Shown here: in pieces, positions 9,791 to 17,606 of the stretch
Position numbering within the stretch: the first letter of the stretch is position 1
Layout: each line of letters starts with the position of its first letter
NCBI GenBank assembly: GCA_024281175.1
Contig: JAMJTW010000005.1
Coordinates: 23,104-87,103 of the forward strand
Direction: 5' to 3'
Length of the DNA stretch: 64,000 nt
From: Candidatus Thiovulum imperiosus
GTDB lineage: Bacteria; Campylobacterota; Campylobacteria; Campylobacterales; Thiovulaceae
The notes under the pieces: model-generated
Seen by the model: the letters and a program-made list of their open reading frames with translations, nothing else
Told to the model about the DNA's origin: nothing
Database searches by the model: none
Made by a program: the position numbers and the translations under genes

Positions 9791-11227
9791 ATGGCACATC
9801 AGTCAGATTTAATTGCTGAAAACATAGAGCAGTATTTAAAAGAGCATGAGAACAAAGAGATTTTACGGTTTATAACTTGTGGTTCAGTTGATGATGGAAA
9901 ATCAACACTAATTGGAAGACTTCTTTATGATAGCAAGATGATTTTTGAAGACCAACTTGCAAGTATTGAAAAGGACTCTAAGAAAGTGGGAACAACAGGA
10001 GATAAAATCGATTTAGCGCTACTTGTAGATGGTTTGCAGAGTGAGAGAGAACAGGGAATTACAATTGATGTAGCTTACCGTTTCTTCTCAACTGATAAGA
10101 GAAAATTTATCATTGCTGACACTCCAGGTCACGAGCAATATACTAGAAATATGGTTACAGGTGCTTCAACAGCAGATGTTGCAATTGTTTTAGTAGACGC
10201 CAGACACGGAATTTTAACTCAAACAAAACGACACTCCTACATCACATCACTTTTGGGAATTCGCCATATAATAGTTGCGATAAATAAGATGGATTTGGTA
10301 GATTTTTCAGAAGAGAGATTTAATGAGATTTGTGAAGCATATAAAAGTGAAGTTGTTCCAAATCTAAATGATATAGATTTTAGATATATTCCAATTTCAG
10401 CACTTGATGGAGATAACATCGTAGAGAATTCAGAAAAGTCTCCTTGGTACTCTGAACCACCTTTAATGGAACTTTTAAATACTCTCTCAATTTCAGAAGA
10501 GGAAGAGGGAGATTTAAGATTTCCTGTTCAGTATGTAAGCCGACCTCATCTCAATTTTAGAGGTTTTACTGGAACTATAAGTAGTGGTCTTATTGCTGTT
10601 GGTGATGAGGTTACAGTTTTACCATCTAAAAAGAGTAGTAGAGTTCAGAGCATAGTCTCTCCTGATATTTCAGAACTTCGACCAAAAGGGAAAGATGAAG
10701 AAGTTGAAACTGTATCAAAAGCCTACTCTCCAATGGCTGTAACAATCACTTTGGAAGATGAGATAGATATATCTCGAGGTGATATGATAGTTCACTCAAA
10801 TGCAATTCCAGAAACAGCAAAAAGTTTAGAAGTTATGCTTGTTTGGATGAGTGAAGAGAGCATGAAACTTGGAGAGAGATACATCATAAAAAGAGCCTCT
10901 TCAGTCTTAAATGGAAACTTCTCAAAAATAGAATTTAGAAAAGATATAAATAGTTTTGCAGAAGAGAGTGCTGAAAAGCTAGAACTCAATGACATTGCAA
11001 AAGTAAATTTAAATTTAGATAGAGAAATTGCAATAGACTCTTATGTAGAAAACCGAAGCACTGGAAGTTTTATTGTAATTGATAGATATAGCAATGCTAC
11101 TGTTGGAGCAGGAATGATTTTGGGTGGAATTTCAGAAGAGAGTTTTCGAAATTACTCTGAAGCTGAAAAAGAGCTAAATATATACATTCGAAAACACTAT
11201 CCAGAGTGGGGCTGTATAGAAATTTAA
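9791..11227 (+). CDS. cysN: Sulfate adenylyltransferase subunit 1 (GTPase)
   Basis: GTPase motifs GSVDDGKST, DTPGHEQY and NKMD, plus EF-Tu-like domains. Confidence 0.9.
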   Translation: MAHQSDLIAENIEQYLKEHENKEILRFITCGSVDDGKSTLIGRLLYDSKMIFEDQLASIEKDSKKVGTTGDKIDLALLVDGLQSEREQGITIDVAYRFFSTDKRKFIIADTPGHEQYTRNMVTGASTADVAIVLVDARHGILTQTKRHSYITSLLGIRHIIVAINKMDLVDFSEERFNEICEAYKSEVVPNLNDIDFRYIPISALDGDNIVENSEKSPWYSEPPLMELLNTLSISEEEEGDLRFPVQYVSRPHLNFRGFTGTISSGLIAVGDEVTVLPSKKSSRVQSIVSPDISELRPKGKDEEVETVSKAYSPMAVTITLEDEIDISRGDMIVHSNAIPETAKSLEVMLVWMSEESMKLGERYIIKRASSVLNGNFSKIEFRKDINSFAEESAEKLELNDIAKVNLNLDREIAIDSYVENRSTGSFIVIDRYSNATVGAGMILGGISEESFRNYSEAEKELNIYIRKHYPEWGCIEI

Positions 11228-11255
11228 AAAATTCGGAACTTCTGTTCCGAAAACT

Positions 11256-12590
11256 CTATCCAAACTTCTCTTTTTCAATTACTAAAAGGTTTTTCCCTTT
11301 TTCAGCAATATAGTCACATTTATAACTATCTCGAATTTTCTCCTCTCTCTCTTCAAAATCGAAAAGGTAATTTATCGCTTCAACTACCATATCAGAACTT
11401 GAGTCGTGAGAAATCTTTTTAAGTTTTTTACTCATACCGTGAAGAAGTTTTTTTATAGATTGTTGAGCCACCTTTTCAACACTCTCTCTACTCTCTTGAG
11501 AGATATATCCTTTTCCAATAGCTCTATCTACTTCCAATTCAACGGAACTATTTGCTTTTAAATAGATACTTTTGATAAGAGGTTCAATAGAGAGAGTTGA
11601 AATCCATCTAAAAAATTTATCGGTCGCTTCCCCAACAATTCTGTAAGCCGAAGTTATCTCTTCTCTTCGTTCTAACTCATTTTTTCTAACACTCTCTTGG
11701 AGGTCATCAATACGAAAAATTTCTACACTATTTTTACCGCAATCTTCAATATCTTTAGGTACTGCTAAATCAAACCAGTGTCTTTTAAAATCAACATGTT
11801 TAACCATGCTACTTCTTATAATAGGCTCTTCCGATGAGGTAGCAGAAAAGAGTAGAGGTTTCTGATTTAACAGAGTTTCTAACTCTACAAAGTCTCGAAC
11901 TTCAACTCCAGAAACCTCATCAGCTATCTCTTTAATTTTAGAGCGAGTTCTATTTATTAGAGTAACTTCAGCTCCAGCAGATTTAAGATATTGAGCAATG
12001 AGACGACTCATCTCACCAGAACCGATAACAAGAGAAGAGACCCCTTCCAAGCTATCTAAAAGCTCTACGGCTTTTGAGACTGAAACAGAAGCGATAGAGA
12101 CTTTCTTTTTAGAAATTGCTGTTTCACTTCGAACTTGAGCAGAAACTCTAAAAGCGTAATGAATTGCTCTTGAGATTTTCTGTCCAGCAAATCCATTTTC
12201 AAAAGCAAATTTAAAAGAGTCTTTTATCTGTCCAACAATTTGTGTCTCTCCAACAACAAGAGATTGCAAAGAGGATACTACGGCAAAAAGGTGATGAACT
12301 GCATCTTTCTCTTCAAAAGTAGAAGCTATCTCTTCGAGTTTTGAAACTTCCAATCCGCTATATTGAGAAATATCATGAAGTAGAGATTTTACGCCTCTCT
12401 TCACATTCTCAGTTGTAGCAAAAAATTCAACTCTGTTACATGTATTCAAAATCAGAACTTCAGAGAGGTAAGATTTAGAACGGTTCATAAACTCCACCAT
12501 TCTATTCTCATCTTGGAATGAAATTCTATCTCTATCCACAATATTTGTGTTTCTGTGTGAAAAAGAGATTAGTAAATATCTGTCCATCAC
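11256..12590 (-). CDS. hemA: Glutamyl-tRNA reductase
   Basis: Contains ISFSHRN...LNTCNRVEF (catalytic Cys region) and NADPH-binding VIGSGEM. Confidence 0.9.
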   Translation of the reverse strand: MMDRYLLISFSHRNTNIVDRDRISFQDENRMVEFMNRSKSYLSEVLILNTCNRVEFFATTENVKRGVKSLLHDISQYSGLEVSKLEEIASTFEEKDAVHHLFAVVSSLQSLVVGETQIVGQIKDSFKFAFENGFAGQKISRAIHYAFRVSAQVRSETAISKKKVSIASVSVSKAVELLDSLEGVSSLVIGSGEMSRLIAQYLKSAGAEVTLINRTRSKIKEIADEVSGVEVRDFVELETLLNQKPLLFSATSSEEPIIRSSMVKHVDFKRHWFDLAVPKDIEDCGKNSVEIFRIDDLQESVRKNELERREEITSAYRIVGEATDKFFRWISTLSIEPLIKSIYLKANSSVELEVDRAIGKGYISQESRESVEKVAQQSIKKLLHGMSKKLKKISHDSSSDMVVEAINYLFDFEEREEKIRDSYKCDYIAEKGKNLLVIEKEKFG

Positions 12591-13489
12591 TTTTTTCTTT
12601 CTATTAAATTTTGAACAATATCTAAAAGCTCCCCATTCTCTTTTTCTAAATTCTTAATCGCTTTTTCAGAAAACTCTATGGCTAAATCCATGGCTTTCTC
12701 TAAAGAACCAGACTCTTCAAACTGCTCTTTTATCCACTCTTGTTCATCTTCAGAAAGAGTTTTTAGGTGGAAAGATTTCACTTTTTCTCTTAGATGTGGA
12801 GCTTCTTTGTAAAGATATATGTATGGTAGTGTAGTTTTTCCCTCAATGAAATCGTTCATTGCTGGTTTTCCCAACTCTTCAGAAGTTGAAACAATATCAA
12901 GAATATCATCAATTATCTGAAATGCCATTCCTAACCATTTTCCATACTCTCCAAACTTTACACCATCTTTTCCAGAGTGAATTGCAGAAACTCTACAAGC
13001 AACTTCAATTAAAGAAGCGGTTTTATTGTAAATCATATTTAAATAGAGGTTTTCATCAGAATTGAACTCTTTTGATAAATTTACATCAGCTATTTCACCC
13101 ATAGAGAGTTTTACAACTCCATTTGCTATATCTTTTATGATAGTTTCTGAATAGCTTCCAAGTTCCACAAAAGCCTTAGAATAGAGAATATCTCCTAACA
13201 TGATTGAGACTTTACTGCCTTCAGTAGCGTGTACTGATGGAACTCCTCTTCTCTGTTCAGCATCATCAATAACATCATCATGAAGTAGAGAAGCAAGATG
13301 AATAAGTTCTATAACAGCAGAAAGAGCAACCATCTTTTCATCTTTAGAGATAAGAAACATCAACTGGCTTCTAACCATCTTTCCAGACTTGATAGATGAG
13401 AATATCTCTGAAATATACTCATCTCCCAACTCATCAATCCAAAATTTTATCTTTTCTTCAACAGCTTTTAAATACTCTTCAATTTTCAT
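12587..13489 (-). CDS. ispB: Long-chain polyprenyl diphosphate synthase (IspB-like)
   Basis: Two Asp-rich motifs, LLHDDVIDD and QIIDDILD. Confidence 0.82.
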   Translation of the reverse strand: MKIEEYLKAVEEKIKFWIDELGDEYISEIFSSIKSGKMVRSQLMFLISKDEKMVALSAVIELIHLASLLHDDVIDDAEQRRGVPSVHATEGSKVSIMLGDILYSKAFVELGSYSETIIKDIANGVVKLSMGEIADVNLSKEFNSDENLYLNMIYNKTASLIEVACRVSAIHSGKDGVKFGEYGKWLGMAFQIIDDILDIVSTSEELGKPAMNDFIEGKTTLPYIYLYKEAPHLREKVKSFHLKTLSEDEQEWIKEQFEESGSLEKAMDLAIEFSEKAIKNLEKENGELLDIVQNLIERKK

Positions 13490-13597
13490 GCGGTGATTAT
13501 ACTGAAATTTTGAAGTTCAGAAGTTGTAAATTGTATTTGCAAAAAAAGAGCTAATTTGCGATAATTATCAAACTATCTAAACCTTTTAGGAGACATT

Positions 13598-14428
13598 TTG
13601 AAAAAACTTACAGCTGGATTTATCTTAGGCTCACAACTTATGTTTGGTGGAACTCTTGCTACCATTAATGGTGAAAAAATAGAAGAGAAGCACCTTTTCC
13701 CTATCATTGCTACTATCACTCAAGGTAGATATAACTCTCTGCAACCAGAACAGCAAGAGCAAGTTAAAAAAGTTGCGTTAGAACAGTATATTGCTCAAAT
13801 ACTTGTAGAAAAAGAGGCTCTTAAAAAAGGTATTTTAAAAGATACTGAATTTAAGGCTCAGCTAGATATCGCTTTAAAACAACTTCAGAGACAACTCATT
13901 TCAGATATGTGGCTCAAAAAAGAGTTGGACAATATAGCTATCTCAACAAGAGAGATGAGACAGTATTACAATAACAATAAATCTGAATTTATCAAACCGA
14001 AACAGGTTCATGCAAGACATATTCTTTTAAAAGAGGAAGCTGAAGCAAGTGCGGTAATTTCATCTCTTTCAAGATATAAAGGAGAAAGATTACATAGTGA
14101 ATTTATAAATTATGCCAAAAACTTATCTATTGGTCCAAGTGGTCCTAGAGGTGGAGATTTAGGATATTTTGGTGAGGGAATGATGGTTAAACCTTTTGAA
14201 GAAGAGGCTTTCTCTCTTAGAAAAGGTACTATGTCAAGAAAACCTGTAAAGACTCAATTTGGATATCACATCATCTATATTGAAGATGCAAAAGAGAGTG
14301 AGTCGGCAGAGTTTGGAGAAGTACGACACCTCATCGAGCAGAAAATAAAAGTTGAGAAGTTTCAGAAATTTGTAAAAGATAAAGTGGACTATCTTAAATC
14401 AAAAGCTAGAATTCGAGAGTATATTTAA
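13598..14428 (+). CDS. Periplasmic parvulin-type peptidyl-prolyl isomerase (SurA/Peb4-like chaperone)
   Basis: TTG start after AGGAGA, a signal-like N-terminus, and a PpiC domain (ARHILLK...GGDLGYF...FGYHIIY). The adjacent fba mirrors the Campylobacter peb4-fba arrangement. Confidence 0.8.
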   Translation: MKKLTAGFILGSQLMFGGTLATINGEKIEEKHLFPIIATITQGRYNSLQPEQQEQVKKVALEQYIAQILVEKEALKKGILKDTEFKAQLDIALKQLQRQLISDMWLKKELDNIAISTREMRQYYNNNKSEFIKPKQVHARHILLKEEAEASAVISSLSRYKGERLHSEFINYAKNLSIGPSGPRGGDLGYFGEGMMVKPFEEEAFSLRKGTMSRKPVKTQFGYHIIYIEDAKESESAEFGEVRHLIEQKIKVEKFQKFVKDKVDYLKSKARIREYI

Positions 14429-15351
14429 TGTTAGTTTCTGGTGCAGAGATTTTAAACAAAGCTCATAAAGAGGGCTATGCAGTTGGTGCATTCAATATCA
14501 ACAATATGGAGATGCTTCAAGCCATTTTTGAAGCAGCAAATAGTGCTAGTTCTCCAATTATAGTTGAAGCTAGTGAGGGAGCTATCAAATATGCTGGAGC
14601 TGATATGCTTTATGCTATGACAAAAATCCTTTCTGAAAAGTATCCTCACATTCCTGTTGCTCTCCATTTAGACCACGGAACAACCGTAGAGAGTTGTATT
14701 CAGGCAATTCGAGCTGGTTTCACTTCAGTTATGATTGATGCTTCTCATGACTCTTTTGAAGAGAATATGGCAAAGACAAAGAGAGTTGTTGAAATTGCTC
14801 ACTCTGTTGGAGTTGGAGTTGAAGCTGAACTTGGAAGACTTATGGGAATTGAAGATAATATCGAAGTTTCTGAAAGAGATGCTGTTCTTGTAAATGTTGA
14901 TGAAGCTGAAAAGTTTGTAAAAGCTACGGGTGTAGACTATTTAGCTCCAGCAATTGGAACTTCTCACGGTGCTTTCAAATTCAAGGGTGAACCAAAACTC
15001 GATTTCCAAAGACTTCAAGATGTAAAAAGAGTTACAGATGTTCCTCTTGTTCTTCACGGTGCTAGTTCAATCCCTCAAAATGTTCGAGAAGAGTTTGAAA
15101 ATACAGGTGGTGATTTAAAAGGCAGTAAAGGTGTTCCGTTTGAGTTTCTAACAGAAGCTATAAAAGGTGGTATCAATAAAGTAAATACTGATACAGACCT
15201 CCGAATTGCATTTATGTCTCAAGTCCGAAAAGTAGCAAATGAGAAACAGAGCGAATTCGATTTACGAAAGTTCTTCAATCCTGCAAAAGCTCTTGTTACT
15301 AGTGAAATTGTAAAACGAATGGAGGTTCTTGGTAGTGCAGGAAAAATTTAA
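14428..15351 (+). CDS. fba: Class II fructose-bisphosphate aldolase
   Basis: Contains GYAVGAFNINN, LHLDHG, SHGAFKF and LVLHGASS. Confidence 0.92.
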   Translation: MLVSGAEILNKAHKEGYAVGAFNINNMEMLQAIFEAANSASSPIIVEASEGAIKYAGADMLYAMTKILSEKYPHIPVALHLDHGTTVESCIQAIRAGFTSVMIDASHDSFEENMAKTKRVVEIAHSVGVGVEAELGRLMGIEDNIEVSERDAVLVNVDEAEKFVKATGVDYLAPAIGTSHGAFKFKGEPKLDFQRLQDVKRVTDVPLVLHGASSIPQNVREEFENTGGDLKGSKGVPFEFLTEAIKGGINKVNTDTDLRIAFMSQVRKVANEKQSEFDLRKFFNPAKALVTSEIVKRMEVLGSAGKI

Positions 15352-15868
15352 ATATCCAGTTTCAACAAAACTCTTTCATTGGCTTTTTGCTCTCTCTGTA
15401 ATTGGAGTTGGAGCTTTAGGAATTTATATGGAAGGTCTTGAAAAGAGTGCTTTCAAATTTGGACTTTATGATTACCATAAAGCGTTTGGAATTCTAGCTA
15501 TTCTCTTCATATTTGGACTTCTAATTTCCAGAAGAACTTATACTCAACCTGAACCACCTGCTGATCTGCCAAAAGGTGTTGTTCTCTTTGCAACTATTGT
15601 GAAATATCTACTTTTCATACTTGCAATCGCTACAATTCTTTTAGGATTTTTTGCAAGTAGCTACTTTCCACACAAAGAGACTATCTGGTTTTTCGGATTA
15701 GAAATTCCTTCAATCTTTGGAAAAGATGGCGAACTTTCAAAAACTCTAATTGAACTTCATGGTCCAGTTGCAATTGCTCTTTTACTATTCTCACTCATTC
15801 ATATCGCTGGAGTTTTAAAACATCGTTTTCTCGATAAAGAGAATGATGTTCTCGATAGAATGATTTAA
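15329..15868 (+). CDS. Cytochrome b561-family membrane protein
   Basis: Four hydrophobic helices with conserved His positions (LFHWLFA..., LHGPVAIA...IHIAGVLKHRF). Confidence 0.65.
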   Translation: MVVQEKFKYPVSTKLFHWLFALSVIGVGALGIYMEGLEKSAFKFGLYDYHKAFGILAILFIFGLLISRRTYTQPEPPADLPKGVVLFATIVKYLLFILAIATILLGFFASSYFPHKETIWFFGLEIPSIFGKDGELSKTLIELHGPVAIALLLFSLIHIAGVLKHRFLDKENDVLDRMI

Positions 15869-15893
15869 AAATTACCCTGAACTTGTTTCAGGG
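15869..15893 (+). terminator. Stop-proximal hairpin, left copy of a 15-nt direct repeat
   Basis: AAATTACCCTGAACT (15869-15883). The stem CCCTGAA/TTCAGGG spans 15875-15893. Confidence 0.45.
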
Positions 15894-15940
15894 TCTCTTT
15901 CCAATGATATGCTAAAATTCTTTTTAGAAATTTGATTTTA

Positions 15941-16047
15941 TCTTAGTAAGGCTTTACCAGTGCCTTCGATACAAGCTCGAGGCTTCCTACGGGAAGTCTT
16001 ACTAAGGTGAATTCAGAGAGTCTGTATCGTAAAACTGGTAACTTTAC
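15941..16047 (+). ncRNA. Candidate structured RNA / 5' leader (unclassified)
   Basis: GC-richer segment with a cUACGg-capped hairpin (15981-15998) and three long-range exact helices: 15942-15950/15998-16006, 15954-15961/16034-16041 and 15967-15973/16023-16029. The first helix is mutually exclusive with the other two. Confidence 0.3.
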
Positions 16048-16103
16048 ATTTCAGCTCTCTAAAAAGAGAATTTCCACCAAATTTTAGGCTTACCACATAT
16101 TTA

Positions 16104-16865
16104 ATGGAAGAACTTATAAAAGTTTCTCAAAATAGAGTAGGAGATAATGAAGTAAATTCAGTTTCTGCTAGAGAATTGCACATAGTTTTAGAAGTAAAAA
16201 AAGACTTTTCAAGTTGGATAAAAGCACAATTAAAAAGAGGTTTTTTTGAAGAAAACATCGATTTTATAGTTTTCACCCAAAAAGGTGAAAACATAGCTGA
16301 AGTGGGTGAAAACTCCAAAGGTGGTCGTCCAAGCATCGATTATATCCTTACTCTCGATACAGCAAAAGAGATTGCAATGATGTCTGGAACTCAAAAAGGA
16401 AAAAAAGTTCGGAACTACTTCATTGAAGTTGAAAAGAAGTTTTGGCAAATTTCTGAAAGAAAGACTTCCTCTTTTGAAAACTTAGATAGGACAAAAATGA
16501 AAAAGTTGAAACTACAAGTTCAAGATTTACAAAAACTTTCAAAACCAGTTTTAGAATTTTCAGAAGCTCTTCAAACCGAAAATCCTTATGCTCTTACAGT
16601 TCTTGAAAAGATTACAAAAGAGAATTTAGGTTTTTCACTTTTTGAAAATTTCAATATAGATTTTTCAGACAAGCTATTTCTTCCAACAGAACTTGGAAAG
16701 TTTATCGGAGTTTCTGGAGCTGAAATGAATAGGCAACTGAAAGAGAAAGGTCTACAAATCCGAAATGGAAAACATTGGAAACTTACAGAAAAAGGAAAAA
16801 AGTTGGGAAATGATGTCTCTGAAGATTTTCCACAACTTAAATGGAAACTCGATGTTCTCTTTTAA
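16104..16865 (+). CDS. Phage-type antirepressor (AntA-like N-domain + KilAC-like C-domain)
   Basis: N-terminus has [26 protein letters not shown]...[22 protein letters not shown] (AntA/AntB-like). The C-terminus [26 protein letters not shown]...[11 protein letters not shown] is shared with three other loci in the window. Confidence 0.7.
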   Translation: MEELIKVSQNRVGDNEVNSVSARELHIVLEVKKDFSSWIKAQLKRGFFEENIDFIVFTQKGENIAEVGENSKGGRPSIDYILTLDTAKEIAMMSGTQKGKKVRNYFIEVEKKFWQISERKTSSFENLDRTKMKKLKLQVQDLQKLSKPVLEFSEALQTENPYALTVLEKITKENLGFSLFENFNIDFSDKLFLPTELGKFIGVSGAEMNRQLKEKGLQIRNGKHWKLTEKGKKLGNDVSEDFPQLKWKLDVLF

Positions 16866-16887
16866 ATTACCCTGAACTAGCTTCAGG
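16864..16887 (+). repeat. Right copy of the 15-nt direct repeat plus hairpin
   Basis: AAATTACCCTGAACT (16864-16878) is identical to 15869-15883. The stem is CCTGAA/TTCAGG. Confidence 0.6.
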
Positions 16888-17494
16888 ACCTAAAATAATT
16901 TTTCAAAAACTTTGCTTTCTCTCGAATTTCATTATTTTCACAATTTAAAAGGTTTTGGAGTATCTCTTTTGTTTTCGTTAAGTTTCCTAAATTTAAATAA
17001 CACTCACTTATGTAAAAGTTTACAATACAATCTTTATAAGGTAATTTTTTAAATTTCTCTAAAGCTAGAGAAAACTTTTCACTCTCTTTGAGAAAGACAG
17101 CTTCTCTATAAAGTTTATATGAGTCATTGTAAGAGAGAAATTCCTCCCACTTTTTTTGATTTTCTTTTCGATATTTTTTTATTTTTTCAATAATCTCTTT
17201 TTCAGGAACTACCTCATCTATCTCCATAATCTCTAAAGGCAGAACTAACTTTTGAGCAAAATCTTCTCTATGTAATTCTGGAAATGGAAACCTATCTTTC
17301 CAGTTAGCTGGAATATTATTTCTGTTTAAAAGAGTTTTTAAAGTATCATTAAATCCACTATTTGTTAAATACTTATCAGTTTTTTGACCAATAAGAGTTT
17401 GATTGTTTTTTAAAATATTATAGATTGTCATGTTGAAGATTTTACAACATTGTTGGGGAAACTCTCCATTTACATCTACTTGAAAACATGGCAA
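16883..17494 (-). CDS. Hypothetical protein, TPR-like C-terminus
   Basis: ORF only. The likely true start is the internal MTIYNILK (about 17431). No recognisable catalytic motif. Confidence 0.4.
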   Translation of the reverse strand: MPCFQVDVNGEFPQQCCKIFNMTIYNILKNNQTLIGQKTDKYLTNSGFNDTLKTLLNRNNIPANWKDRFPFPELHREDFAQKLVLPLEIMEIDEVVPEKEIIEKIKKYRKENQKKWEEFLSYNDSYKLYREAVFLKESEKFSLALEKFKKLPYKDCIVNFYISECYLNLGNLTKTKEILQNLLNCENNEIREKAKFLKNYFRS

Positions 17495-17606
17495 AATACG
17501 GGCAGGAAAGGGAAGATTAAAAAAATACCTATTGGCGTTGGGATAATTTTAAAATCTTCAAAAGATATTATATCAAAGCCTTTCCTAATAAATTTTAGGA
17601 ATTAAA

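Noticed and set aside
15869-16878. Integron gene cassette (single promoterless-looking gene bounded by imperfect palindromes)
   Set aside because: There is no intI integrase or attI nearby. The hairpins are short (6-7 bp) and lack the attC R''/L''-L'/R' organisation.
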